Part shown: in pieces, positions 1 through 18,110 of the stretch
How the letters are laid out: every line of letters begins with the position of its first letter
How positions within the stretch are numbered: the stretch's first letter is position 1
Source of the DNA: the human T2T-CHM13v2.0 reference genome, Homo sapiens
Strand: one strand, 5' to 3'
Length of the DNA stretch: 64,000 nucleotides
NCBI RefSeq assembly: GCF_009914755.1
Contig: NC_060926.1
Notes under the pieces: model-generated
What the model was told of the DNA's origin: nothing
Seen by the model: the letters and a program-made list of their open reading frames with translations, nothing else
The model's database searches: none
Program-made: the position numbers and the translations under genes

Positions 1-3000
1 AAGTTTGGCAAAGTATTTACTTGGCATTTAAATAATTGTCATTCTACTTGTGTTAGTAGTTTTATAAACCAGTCTTTTTATTAAAGTTTCAGGAATTCTT
101 ACCCTAAAGTTTCAGGAATTCTTACCCAGTCCAATTCTTGGGGAATTGGAGAATTCATGGGAAATTCTTACACATGATATGATTTTATATTTATTGGATA
201 CCTGTATTCAAGAGTGCTTTTCAGGGTCGTTTCCATCCTTTAATGAACCTCCTAAAAGATACCATATGAAAGGATTTTATGTGAAGTTTTCAGGAACTGC
301 ATCAGCATTAAGCAATTAACTGTGGAAATGCCTTTAAATGGTTAAAGACACAATAGACAAGGAAATTTGATTATATCTGTGGTCTACAAAAACTTAACCA
401 TAATTATGATAGATAACAAATACTCAGACATAGTAGAATTTTAGAAATCCCATACAATTTTGGAATATATTGATGACATATGCTAAAATATAAACTGAAG
501 AAGGTTAAACATTCTCTCTTATTTTGACACTGCTTCCCATGCAACCTAGCATATCAAATAGCCCTGTTTGTTTACCTCTCTTTTGGGTGCTTCAGGGGCC
601 CTCTCTAGCACCCTAAAGTTAGAGGTCAGAAAAGATAATTTTGATGCTGAAACTTGACTTTGGGAAGCCTATCAGATATGCTAAAGGTCTAAAACATTTG
701 ATATTATGAAATAGAATTCCAGGTCACCATAAATCATTTATTTAGCCAAAATAACGACTCAAAAATTTTTTAAAAGGCAAAAATCTTTACTCATTGAGAG
801 AGGGAAGACTTAGCTTTCCAAATAATCTGTCTCTTCTCTTTCCCTTCTTTTTTCAGTAATTTATTCAAAAGGCAAAGAAAAATTTATCATTATGCTTTAA
901 TATTACAGGGAAATCTTGTTCGAGAGACAGCCAAATATCACCCTTGCATTAGTCTACTATTAATGTCTACTTCAATTTTTAATAAAACCTTATAGACAAA
1001 TCTATCCAATCTTAATCAGTTTTACCATAAGGTGAGATTCTCATAAACATATTATAACCTTTTATAATTTGTGTGAAAGAGCAGATTGGTGCTCTAAGAA
1101 AAACCTGCTGTGTTTTTATTCCAATGTTCAATTTAGAGAAAAACTTAATAACACCCCTTTAACTTTAGCTAATGTTCACACAGAATTTCTTTTTACAAGA
1201 TTATTTTTTCATAAGCCTTCTACAACTTTTTCAAATATTTATCTTTATTTTATCAAATTTAAAACAATTCTTTAGGCTTGTAATCTAGGCAAAAGCATCC
1301 ACATTTTCATGCCTTCTTATAATTTTGTACCAAAAACACATTTCACTTTCCTTACACACCTTGCATGTAAAACTGTTTGTTTTTTTTTAGTAATCTGAAT
1401 TACATGCTACAATGTTAACTCTTAGAGACTTTTACTTCTGGTGAAAAACTTGGGAAGTAGGAAATTTTAATTATGTACTAGGTGTGAAGCCTAGGACACA
1501 GACAGAAGTGCAGATAAGGTCTGACTCTTTCCAGCCTTTCCAGAGTAGTTTAGTTAAGAGGAGTGTCTAACTTCACCACTTGTCACATGCCTTACCTAGC
1601 TGTAAAGCAGGCAAGTTGTACAACATTTTTTGCATAAATTCTCTTTCACAAATTCTTTCATGACTTATGCAGACCATCTACGACATGCTTGGACTTTCTG
1701 ACTTGCCTTAACTATCCCTCTTTTAAAAAAACTAGTCATTTTACTTCAGGACAAGAATTTGCCACACAAGAAAGATCTTTTCTTATATAAAATCTCTTTT
1801 GTTTATAACCTTATTTGTATGGCTAGGGGAGATGGCTAATTCCACATTTCCCAGGACTTATCTAGAGTCTAGTGCTCCAAAATATGTAAACTGAACAATT
1901 TTCAAAAGTCAAAGAAGCAGTTTATAACCTTAAGGTGTTTAGCAAATCTAATATGTGACCTGCATAATCTAGACCAAATGTTTACATTTTTGAAGATATT
2001 TTTATTTAACAAATCATCTTTAAAACTGTCTTTAGTTCCCAAAGATTACTAAAGTCACATAAACTAAAAGGCATTAGTTTTTACTTGTTTTTCAAAATAC
2101 TTGATCTAACTACTTATTTTTCTTTAAGCCAATTAATTAGAGCTCTTTTATATAAACATCACACACACACAACACATATATAACTACACAGAAGAAGATC
2201 CAGTAATTGTAGAATTTTTCATTTGCCAGTTTTTAAGTTTTTTCATTGAATTATTAACTTTAAGGTGGAGTCCTTTTAAATCTCTTATTACCTCACTTTA
2301 GCCATGCCAAACTGCCAATATATCTGGCTTTTGAACTTTATCAAAAGTAACCTCCCAGGTTCTTAGACAAAGGAAAATTCAAGACAGTTCATGAAGATGA
2401 AGAGAATTAACAAATGGTAAAAGTCATGCAGATATCAAGCCAGAAAAGATTCATTTCCTAAGCCACGAATTGAACCCTGGCTGCCATTGTGATGGTGGAG
2501 ACAAAGAGAAAGTACTACCACATGGTTAAAAGGTGAAGCTCCCTAGAACATAACTGAACAGTTTGCTGGGCCATCTTGATCAGTGGGCTTATAGGTGTCC
2601 TAAGCTCTCATTCTATGCTAAGGTACCCCTCTTTATGACAGAAAGATACAGAAGATGAATTCATAGTACAAAGTAAACCATATTCACTACAGCTTAAGAT
2701 TAGCCTCAAAATTCTTTTTTACATTGATTAAAACTTTATAGAGGAGATAAAGAGTGATTTTTACCATTCATTAAACCAGTTGGCAGAGAGAGAGAGTGAG
2801 GTCAGCAGTCTAACTGGTAAGAAATTCTTACTTTTTTGCTGGCATGTCATGACCTGCGTTCCCCTTTCCCGAGCAGCCCTAGTGACCCTGCTTGCTACAC
2901 TTTAGTTCCAGGAGCGAAGCTGCATCACAAAGAAAAATCATGAAACCACAGGCAAAATCTTCTCAGTTTTGCAAAATGCTTCCCAAGGGGTTGTATGGGA

Positions 3001-3844
3001 TAACCAAATTAGCATTTTCCATTCTGGTCAGTGCAAAATATGAGTGACAAATATAGACATTAATTAGCCACTCTGCTTAGCACCCAATATCAAACTAGGA
3101 AGGCTCAAACTTGCCCCTAGATGGGCCCCATCATATCTAAATCATTTTAGAAGCTTCTGCATATTAATAGGCATCCCTAGGTGAGACTAATTTGCAAGCT
3201 CTCATTTTTAAATACACTTGTGTGTTGTTCATTTGGCACATTCCACTGTAAGTTTTCTTTAGTAAGATTTCACCATTTCTGTAAGACTTTGCTGCTTCCT
3301 GGGCCTAATGTATAAGCTGGAAGAAACCCAGTTTTTCAGAAATTAATTATCCATTTTTACCTAATTTATTGGCTTTGCTTTCAGGTTCCCTTGACTAATT
3401 CACCCAATGATTTTCTTCCTACTTAAGCATGTGAGAAAAATGAAACAAAGGGGTAGAATGCAAAAATCCCTATGAATTTTCAAAAGCCAAATCTTACAAC
3501 CCTGCAATATTACCACTTACTACCAGTTTCTTTCTGACCCAGTCAGATGTAAGAGGCCTCTAACTGGATCCAAGCCAGTTAATTACAAGATCAAATTTGA
3601 TCCTGGACTCAGTCCAGCTTCTGTCATGACTTCCAAACCCAATTTGGAACAGAAATTTGCTCAAATAAACTTGGAGAGCTCAAAACACAAATCCATGGAG
3701 CTCTGAAATTCAAGAGGACTTACCACAATTCCCAACTGCTCTGAGAGTTCAAAGGACACAGTGGGTCCAGCAGGTCTCTTGCTTGTTCACTCTGCTCATG
3801 GGAGTTGTTAGCAGCCGTACTTCAGACCCCATTTCTAACACACC
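1..3844 (-). mobile_element. Decayed ERV1 (MER57/MER4-group) internal region, continuing beyond the window start
   Basis: Abuts the MER57-type LTR at ~3845. Minus strand at ~3827-3844 resembles a tRNA-Leu PBS (canonical TGGTGTCAGAAGTGGGAT). Sequence style matches MER4-group non-autonomous internals; no intact gag/pol/env ORF. Confidence 0.75.
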
Positions 3845-5239
3845 TGTTTTTAAAAAAAAGCTTTCAGGCAAATTAAATTTAAAGGAGTTTAATTGAACAA
3901 TTTGTGAATCAGGCAGCCCCCAGAATCACAACAGTTTGAGAGAGACTCCGGGGGTGCCTTGTGGTAAGAACAAATTTATAGACAAAAAAAGTAAAGTGAC
4001 ATAAAAATCAGAAGTGAGTTACAGGAATAGCTGAATTGGTTATTATAAGAATGGGGGGGGCAGAAAAATTCTAGGCAGAAAAATTCAGGTACCCAACAAA
4101 ACCCCATCCTCAAGCTGAAAAACCTAAAACTGTAGCTCAAAGTGAGAACTTTTATCCCTATTGTCTTTTCCTAAACTACCCATGGCCTACTCCACCCTAC
4201 ATCCTGTGCCTATAAAGACCCCAGACTCAGCTGTCAGAGAGGAGAAGCAGCTGGATGCTCGGGACTAAGGCTGGACACTGGAGAGAAACGGCTTGACTTC
4301 CGAGGGACAGCTTGATGGTGTAACTTCAGATAATAATCTAATCTAAAGGGGAAGATTCTTCAGGGGAAGATTACCTGCCTACCCCATACCTTTTTCAGCT
4401 CCCCTACCTGCTGAGAGCTACTTTTTTCAGCAATAAAATCCCACACATTTACTATCCTTCAATTTGTTCATTTGACCTCATTTTTTCTGGACATCAGACA
4501 AGAGCTCAGGAGCCACAAGTGGGGATACAAAAGGCTCTCACACTGGCCCTTTGCACTCATGGGAAGAACGCAGCTGCCTCAAGCATAAAAGTAGAGGGCC
4601 CACTGAGCTGTTAACACTTAAGCAATCTAGGGACAGCAAAGCTAAAGAGCACTGTTTTATGCCTTCTGGGGCTTCAGGGGTCACAGACACCTGCACTAGA
4701 TTCTCCCACAGAGCCAACATGGAGTTTGCTCCTGCCAGCACCTAAAAGTACTTGCTGTGGCTCCTGCACTCACTCACCTGTGTGCTTCCTCCCGTGAAGG
4801 GTGAAACACAGCGGGTCCAAGTGAATGGAGTTTGTTTCTGTGGGTGCCAAAGATGCCAGCTGATTCCAGCCCTTGAGCACTCCAGTTCTTGCCTCATTTG
4901 CTCTCGCACTTCCTCCTGCAAAGAGTTGAGAGTGGCAGGCTGAGTAAAGGAGGTGAGACCCCTGTCGCGAGTCCCATGAAGGGGTAAGGGAAATCCTCCT
5001 TCAGGTACAGGTTGGTGTTTACCTTATTTGAATACAGTTTGTTTGAATACTCAGCAGTGTACGAGTGGTTGACATGTGGCTGCTGGGATTGGCCAAGACT
5101 CAGCTGTTGTTACAGGTACATACTCCTAAGTTAGGCTTTCAATCTTGTCTCCCTATTAAGTTAGGTTGCAGTTCATCCACAAGGATTCAAATATAGAAGT
5201 ATGAAATCCTTGTCAGGTCATATTTAGTTTTTATTAACA
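3845..5239 (-). mobile_element. MER57A-like 5' LTR, split by a nested LTR (pieces 3845-4042 and 5004-5239)
   Basis: Minus strand starts TGTTAATAAAAACTAAATATGACCTGAC and ends ...CAATTAAACTCCTTTAAATTTAATTTGCCTGAAAG...AACA, matching recalled MER57A1 consensus; PBS follows. Confidence 0.8.
4043..5003 (+). mobile_element. Solo ERV1 LTR (LTR28/LTR27/LTR1/MER52 group) nested in the MER57 LTR
   Basis: CCTATAAAGACCCCAGACTCAGC TATA region (~4209), AATAAA ~4432, ends ...TTCA; flanked by GTTA (4039-4042) / GGTA (5004-5007), a 4-bp TSD with 1 mismatch. Confidence 0.75.
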
Positions 5240-8200
5240 CTTTAAATGTACCTCAGAACCACCAATAAAGGAGAGCTAGGCTTGGTGGATGGAGTTCTGA
5301 GCTATAACCTAGTTTGATTACAAACAGCTTCTTTGATGGCTAATTATATGTTTAATGTTTTAGTATTTTTAAAAATAAAAGTTTTCAAGGCTAAATGCAT
5401 TATAAAATTACTTGAAATAAATTAAAACTGGGAACAAAATAGGTTTACTCACATGGAATCATATAAATATTAAACAGAAGGTCAAGGATCAGTGATTACA
5501 TGTAAAAAACAGTTTACAATGTATCTAAAAATAAGCATGTATTAATAACTGACAAGTTAACTGTTTTGTCCAAATAAATTATTGTATTAAAATAGTTTAT
5601 TCTTCATTTCTAAGAGATGTGATTTGTAATTTAACAAAGAACTGCCACTAAGAATCAGAGATTACAAGTGTCAAAACCAATTCACTACAATAAGAAAAAA
5701 AATGATTTGACGCAATTTCCTTATGTTGCTGAGACTCAATTTTTGTATTTTGTTTAATACATTTTTTGACGTTTTAATTGCATTTGAATTGGCTCATTTT
5801 AGTGAATGATTTTTTATTCATTCAGTCTAGTTTTCTCTGTTCCTCTTCAATTTCTTGTCTCAATTATATTCTGTGAAATGAAAGTCAACTAGATTTTGTA
5901 TGCTGTGAAGCAGAACCAATGGTGCCAAATATAATTTTAACGTTATTGTCTATTCTTAATGTATAATTCAAATAATTAACGTTTTATGTTGTTGTGAAAA
6001 TCTGCTACAAGGATAAATTAGTTTGTTGGTAGAAATTTGCTTTATTTTTCTGATTCATCCCTCCCTAAAGTGTTCACCTAATATAATTAAATTTTTTTTC
6101 TCATTGGAACAAAAACAAAAACTTAATATTATGAATTACATACTTATCAGTTATCAGTACAATAAATTATATTAGTCATGCAATTTACATTTCCAAAGTT
6201 TGCTTTGTAAGAGACATATTGTAAAGGAATGCATGATTTAAATATTACTTTTCTTGCAAAAAATTTAAATAAATATTTTAGTCATTTTAAGATATTAGCC
6301 AATCAAAGAAAACAAGCCTTATAAAAGTTCACATGTTAAAAATTCTTCTAGAATACAGAGTGAAATGACTTCCCTGCTTTTAGTATATTTTGAATTTGTG
6401 ATGAGAAAAGACTCAAGAGGAAAATAAGCTGGGTTTAGTACAGCTCAACATCATCTCAAATATTTATGTACAATAGATGTTTCTTTGGGAAAACAGTTAT
6501 TTGGGGTCCATTATTATTTGCTTTTTTGTAGACTGTATTTCAATTTAAAGAGCAGGTTATATTTAGAAGGAAGTAGTTATTTCATTTTTCTATTATCATT
6601 AGAAACATCACCTTTGGTGAAAAAAATTAAAAAGAGATTGTGGCAAATGGTCATAAATTTGGTCAGGGAAAAAGGTTATCTTAAGGTCAGGGAGTCAATC
6701 TGCTGTGGCTTCCCAGAGACGGCCAAAACTCTTCAAGTGATGCCAAGATGATAACTCCAGACAAGTTGAACCCACACAAGTATAGGGTAAGAAAGTGGTG
6801 ATAAGACTTCAGTAAAAATTTCATAGTAAATCTTGCCTCAAAATCTAGACATGTACTGCTTTGTGGAATTAGGTGTATGAATACAAAAAGGCAAGTTAAA
6901 GTTTTTCAAATTTTGCTATTTATGTAAAAAAATTTTAAAGAATGCTATAATTGTATTGATGGCTTATTTTAGCATTAAAATACAGAGAGTTGTGGATATA
7001 AAATGTTGAGTACAAATACATACTACATTTTAATTTTCATGTTAAGAATTTATGCAGAAACTTTGGAGAAATATTTAAAGTTTATTTTTTCTGATATTTG
7101 ATGTCAGTTATAATATAAAGAAAAATTATATTAAAATCAAGAGTTTTTAATTTCATTGTCATTTGCTTTGATTTTTAATAGTTTAATACACATTCAAAGG
7201 TTTCCCCTGAGAAATGTGTGTCACAGATGTGCAGCTTACTGTTCATATTAGTTATTCTCATATCAATTAATTTGCATGCCAGCTGTTCCTTTATTAAAAT
7301 TTTCTTAAAAGTTATAAAAGATAGCAAAATGCTCAAGGCAGTAAGGAACTGAGCCTTCTTATTGTGCATAACACAGGTAGAGCTGAGATATTAAAAATAT
7401 TTAACTTAAATTTTAAAACATTTTAAAAAATATATTTTGATTTTGAAAAATAAGACATGTTTGGATAAAACCAAAGTTGTAATCTCCAGCAGGTTTTTAA
7501 AAAATATTGGGTGTATACAAAATTATTAACCTGCTGTCTGTTGAAATGTGTGATCCTGTTAAAATTGCACACACATTTTGTGTCTGTGCATTCGAAGGGG
7601 CCAAGGGAAGAAAGGGAATGAGTCAGTTAGGTAATATTTAAGCTTTCAAAGGACTGAATCTTTGGTACAAATAGGGTTAAGATAACGGTGTTATTTCATA
7701 TCTAATCCATTCATTGAGAAAATCTGTATTTTAAATATAAATATCCATTTTAAAATTCAAGTCAAGAAACTGTTGTGATGTACTTATTAATCAACTAAAC
7801 AAAGAAGTACTTTTACAAATCACATCCTTATTCCACAAAGTTGGAGTTTGATTAAAAACAGCAAAATTTCACTTTGAAAGAAAACAAAAGAGGAGAGAGT
7901 AGTGCTGAAGCTAACCATATGCAACTAAAGGGAAAACTAGGGTGACAAAACTGATAATTATTTTATAGTCATTACTGTTAAAAAAAAAAAAAACAAAAAA
8001 GGCATGCTATATCCCAGACTGCAAACAAGCTATTGACATAGCTCTCCTGCAGTATAGAGAAATCCGCTTGAATTCATTTTTCCGTTGACAATTGCAAACA
8101 ATATAATAGTTTGTGTAATTGGCTAATTGCAGGTTCGGTGAGCCTTGCTTGTTGTAAAATAATGATGGGCAGGTGGCTAATGGTTGTTAAAATTATTTCC

Positions 8201-8898
8201 ACACACAATAAAATGTATGGGTTTAAAATTGAGGTTGTAAAGAGAAAAGTCATTCTTGTTAAATTCTGCCTTTAGTTATTTAACACAGATTTAACAAGTT
8301 TGTACAAAAGTATCAAAACCATTATATCTTGTAAAATGTCCTATTTTGCAAGAGATTTTTCACAATTATTTTCTCACAAAAGTTGTGGGAAAAAGTAGTG
8401 GGAAGTATCTTTATAAGCTAGGGAAGCATTTTTAGATTTCCCAACATGAGACATTTGTTAATTAATGTGTTAATTCAGATAAAAATACCAAATAATTGGC
8501 AACTACAAATTTGCTTTATTTTTGACAGAGTAACTTCAAACAGACATGGCGGCACTTGGGATTCTTTATAAGACCAGATAGAGAGTTCTAATGCGTCAGG
8601 TTAAAAACTATATAACTATATGCCAAAGAGCAAAAGTTCTGAGCAAAGCAACATGACATAAATGTTTTCTGAACAATATTCCTTTACTGAAAATAACACT
8701 AAGATTCTTAATTTCTTCAGAATATTTTGGGGCAGAAAACATGAAGTAATTAATGATCTGCATGGTTTTGTTAAATAAAAATTTTCATAAGCCTATTAAA
8801 ATATCATTTATTAAAATATTGACATTATCTGTGTAGTACAATTGATTGTAGGTGGACTTCTTTTTTCATCAATCAATTTGTATTTGAAAATTTAGGAT

Positions 8899-12935
<4,037 letters not shown>

Positions 12936-13619
12936 GAAAATTTAGGATATAGAATTACAGTTGATTTGCCATCTTATTGGTGGTAATATATTTAAGTTTA
13001 TGACATTTCCGTAAATAAAGCATTAGTCATTTTTCTTCCACATTCAGGAATGATAGTGAAGAATAATGTGTGTTGTAAGAAAATTCCCAAACCATGTTTT
13101 GAATGGAGTTTCCTTATTACTATCTTAATTCAATTTATCAGTATATATATACATATATATGAGTATGTGTATGCCTATATATGTGTACATATGTAAACAT
13201 GTATAAAAATGTGTATATATACACATGTGTTATTTTATATCCATATATAATTAAATGTACATAAAATTTTAAAACATAAAATGTTTGTATAACTTTAAAG
13301 TATCTAATTCTCATTGTCAGGAATTTAAAGGGAATGTATCAAATAAGGTAAATGTTTGGTGGTCTATTTGGACAACAATTTGTTCAGGCTTTAGCTTTGC
13401 AATTTTGGAAACTTGTTTTTACCAAACATAAAGGGTTCTCTTTGAACAGTCTCAAACCATATAAATCAAAAAAGATCATTCTATGAATTAAGATGTCTAA
13501 TTATTTTTATTTCATAATATCAAATGTAACCTTAAAGTAGGTTGAATACTCTGGTATAAATAATCTTCTGTAAAAGAGAAAGAAAAAGTCCACCAGAATC
13601 ATTGATCTAATATGAAGGT

Positions 13620-13990
13620 CAGTGTGTCTGTGAGGGTGTTTCCAGAAGAGATTAGCATTTGAATTGGCAGAATGAATAAAGATCTCTCTCACCAATGTGA
13701 GTGAACATCATCTAATTCCTTGAAGGTCTGAATAGAAGAAAAAAGTGGAGGAAAGGTGAATTTGCTCTCGCTTGACCTGGGATATCCATTTTTTCCTAAC
13801 CTCAGACATTGACGCTCCTTGTTCCCAGGGCCTTTGGACTTAGAATGAGACTTGGACCATTGGCTCTGTTGGTTGTCAGGCCTTTCGATTTGGGTTGGAA
13901 TTACAGACGTTCCTGGGCTTTGCCTCTAACTTGCAGAGGACACACTATGGGGCTTCTTAGGATCTATAATTGCATTATAGATCGATTAGA
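13620..13990 (+). mobile_element. MLT2 (ERVL) LTR fragment
   Basis: GTGTGTCTGTGAGGGTGTTTCCAGAAGAGATTAGCATTTGAAT...CAGGGCCTTTGGACT, typical of MLT2B/D. Confidence 0.75.
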
Positions 13991-14504
13991 TAGATAATTA
14001 CATATAATTGTAGAAACATAAAGAGACAATGTGTGATTCAGCACTTTTTTTATCTCCTTAAAGATCATGACTGCTCCAATGTCAGCAAATTTGAACACTT
14101 CTTTTTCTTTCTCCCTCTCTCTTCATGTGTGCTCATGTGTACAAATGCACATATATGTGTGTGCATAGATATATACATACATACAAGTAAATCATACACA
14201 AACACATAACAAGGTCTTTATATAATGATAATCATGAAATGCTAATAAATATTTCTAAATAAAGAGGTATTTTAAAAAAATCATTTGGGCTTTTTTCTTC
14301 CCTGATGTTTTTCAACAAGAGAATAATATACTTATTTTTAATGAAAACAAGAAAGTTATGATTTTTCAAAATTAAAGAACAAAGCCTATAACAGATGGAC
14401 TACCTGGTGGAGAGTAGCAGCGCTGTGTCGTATATTAAAACACTAAGGATGAAGATAGAATGAGAAGAAGTAGCAGTGATCTCAGAAGCCTAGAGGGGCA
14501 ATGC

Positions 14505-14505
<1 letters not shown>

Positions 14506-14550
<45 letters not shown>

Positions 14551-14568
14551 ATCTATCTATCATCTATC
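14506..14568. repeat. (TATC)n microsatellite
   Basis: Tandem TCTA/TATC units, directly visible. Confidence 0.95.
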
Positions 14569-15324
14569 TCAGAACACAAACCTAAATAAATCAAATATTG
14601 ACAGAACTGAAGGGAACAATAGCAATACAACAGAAGCAGGAGATTTCAATCCTCCACTTTTAATATTAAGCAGATCAACATAACAGAAACATCAACAAAC
14701 AATGGACTTGAACAGTAGACCAAATGAACTTAACATATACGGAACATTCTACCCAACATCAGCTGACTATACATTCTTCTCAAGCAGTGACAGAAAATTC
14801 TCCAGGTTAGATCACATTAGGTCCCAAGACGAGTATTAACAAATTTAAGATGATTGAATTCATCCTAACTATCTTTTCAACCACAATGTAATGAAACTAG
14901 AAACTAGTTGTGGAAGGAAACAGGGGCATTCACAAGTATGTGAACTTTAAATAACATACTTTTGTCAACCAATAGGTGAAAGGAGAAATTAAAAAGGGAA
15001 ATTAGAAAACAGGGAAAAAAGGGAAATTAGAAACATTTTACTTTTACATCTTGAGAGGAATATATAAGACACCAATACTTATGGGATGTGGCAAAAGCAG
15101 TGGTAAGCAGTACTAAGAGTGAAGCTTATTGCAATAAAAATTATAATTAAAAAGGAAAAGATCTCAAATAAACAACCTAACTGTACACATCAAGAAACTA
15201 GAAAAAGAATAACAAATTAATCCCAAAGTTAGTAGAAAGAAGCATGTAATAAAAATTACAGTGAAAATTAATGAAATAGAGATTAGGAAAACAATAGAAA
15301 AAAACTCAATGAAATAAGCTTTAG

Positions 15325-15677
<353 letters not shown>

Positions 15678-16517
15678 TAGACTAATTATTAAAGTACATT
15701 CAAATAAATAATTCAGAAATGAAAGCAGTGGCAATTAAGAAATGAAAGCAGTGACACTATTGTAACTGATACCATAGAAATAAAAAGTATCATAATAGAT
15801 TTCTATGAATAATTATTCACCAATAAACTGAATAACTGAGAAGAAATGAATAAATTACTAGAAACCTACAAGCTGCTAACACAGTAACATGAAGAACTAG
15901 AAAGTCTGAACAGACCTATAACTAGAGAAAAGACTGATACAATAACAAAAACCGTCTCAAGGAAAAGCCCAGAACCAGATAACTTTACTGGTAAATTTAC
16001 CACAAATTTGAAAAAGGTTTGTCAATCCTTCTCAAAGTAATATAATGTTAAAAAGAATGGTATCCTTTTGAACTCTTTTTATAAAGTCCGCATTATCGTG
16101 ATACCAAAATGAGATAAAGATACTGAAATAAAGAAAAGAAACCTATAGGCCAACATCTCTGATAAATATATGCAAAAATCTTCAACAAAATAGTAGTAAA
16201 TAAAAAAAAAATCATACACCATGACCATGTGATGTATCCCTGGAATACAAGAATATTTCAACATATGCAAATCAATTTATGTAATACCCCACATTCACAG
16301 ATTCAAGAAAAAAAATCCTATTAAATTCTCAACAGATGCATTTTAATTTCAACACTCTTTCATGATAAAACTCCTGACTTAGTAGGTATAGAATGAGTGT
16401 TCTTCAACATGATAAAATTCATTGATGAGAAGTTCACAACTATCATCATAGTCAATACCAAAACTGAAAGTTTCTCCTCTAAGATCAGAAACAAGAGGAT
16501 ACCCGTGATCTCCACAA

Positions 16518-16842
16518 TATTATTATTATTATTATTATTATTATTTTATTATTATTTGAGACAAGGTCTCACCCTGTAACTCAGGCTGGTGTGTCACCCA
16601 GGCACAATCACAGCTCACTGCAGCCTTGACCTCCCAGGCTCAGGCAATCTTTCCAAGTCAGCCTCCCAAGTAGCTGGGACTATAGGCCATGCAACAATGC
16701 CCAGCTAATTTTTAAAATTGTTTGTAAAGATAGGGTCTCATTAGGTTGCCCAGGCTGGTCTCAAACTCCTGGGCTCAAGCAATCCTCCTGCATCAGCCTC
16801 CCAAAGTGCTGGGATTACAGGCATGAGCCACCACACCTAGCC
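16518..16842 (-). mobile_element. AluJ with (TTA)n tail
   Basis: CTCCTGGGCTCAAGCAATCCTCC and CAGCCTTGACCTCCCAGGCTCAGG, AluJ-type diagnostics. Confidence 0.9.
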
Positions 16843-17110
16843 ACTATCTCTTATTTCTATTCATTGTTGTACTAAAAGAAACAACAGAATTTGAATATGA
16901 CAAATAGAAGTAAATTTATCTCTGTTTGCAGATGAAATAATCTTCTAAGTTGGAAACCCTTAAGATTAACAAAAAACTAATAGAACTAATAAATTTAGCA
17001 AAGTGGCAGAATAAAAAAATTAACATGCAAAATTAGTAGCATTTATCCACATGAATATTTAAAAATTAAGAAAAAAATCTCATTTAAAATAGCATGAAAA
17101 GAATAAAATA

Positions 17111-17669
17111 GTGTAAAAAGTTCATTTTTCTCAGCATTTTCACTAGCATTTGATATACATTTTTTTCTTTTTGATAATAGCCATTCTAACCAAGGGAAGA
17201 TGATATCTCATTGTCATTTTGATTTGCATTTCCCTGATGATTAGAGATGCTGAGCATTTTTTTCATGTAATTGTTGTCCACTTGTATGTCTTTTGAAAAC
17301 TGTCTATTCAGACCCTTTGCCCATATTTTAATTGAATTATTTTTTATTTTGCTGTGAAGTCAAGTTCCTCGTATTTTCTTGACGTTAGTCCTTTGTTGGA
17401 TGAATCATTTGCAAATATGTTCTCATATTTAATCAGTTATCTCTTCATTCTGTTGATTGTTTCCTTTGCTGTGCAGAAGATTTTTGGCTTAACAAAAATC
17501 CCATTTGTGTATTTGTGCATTTGTTGCCTGTCCTTCAGAATCTTATTCATAGGTAAAATCTTTGCCCAGATCAATGTCCTGAAGCATTTCCCCTTTTTTT
17601 TTCCAGTAGTTAGTAGTTTTATAGTTTCAGCTTTTATATTTAAGTCTTTAATCCATTTTGAGTTTATTT
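17111..17669 (-). mobile_element. Inverted L1M ORF2 C-terminal segment
   Basis: Minus-strand ORF 17437-17673 [13 protein letters not shown]...FCTAKETINRMKR. Confidence 0.85.
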
Positions 17670-18110
17670 GCATACTGTTGGTGGGAATGCAAACAGTGCA
17701 GCCTTTATGAAAAAGAATATGGTGATTTATCTAAAAATTACAAACAGAACTACCACACCACATCCAAAAAACTGAAACCAGGATCTCAAAAGATATCAGC
17801 ATTCCTATGTTCACTGTAGCACTATTTACAATAGCCAACATGCGGAAACAACTGCAATGTCCAATGACTGATGAATGGATTTAAAAATGTGATGAATACA
17901 TATATCGGGACAGTGGCTGGGTATAGGAAAAGAAAAATGGGAAATTGCTAATCAACAGGCATAAAGTTTCAATTATGCAAGTTTAAGAAGCTCTAGAGAT
18001 CTGCTGTACATTGTACCTACTTTAAAAAATACTCTATTGTACACCTAATTTGCAAAAAGTGTAGATCTCACACTGTGTTCTCATCACAATAAAATAAAAT
18101 TTAAAAAAAT
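17670..18110 (+). mobile_element. L1MA/L1MB 3' end
   Basis: TACTGTTGGTGGGAATGCAAA...CTAGAGATCTGCTGTAC...GTAGATCTCA...AATAAAATAAAA. Confidence 0.8.

Noticed and set aside
82-127. 23-bp tandem duplication TAAAGTTTCAGGAATTCTTACCC (similar short duplications near 14990, 15715, 26170)
   Set aside because: Two-copy slippage duplications; no spacers, not CRISPR-like.
13140-13262. TA/TG-rich low-complexity tract (also 55425-55500)
   Set aside because: Degenerate microsatellite; self-complementarity is trivial.
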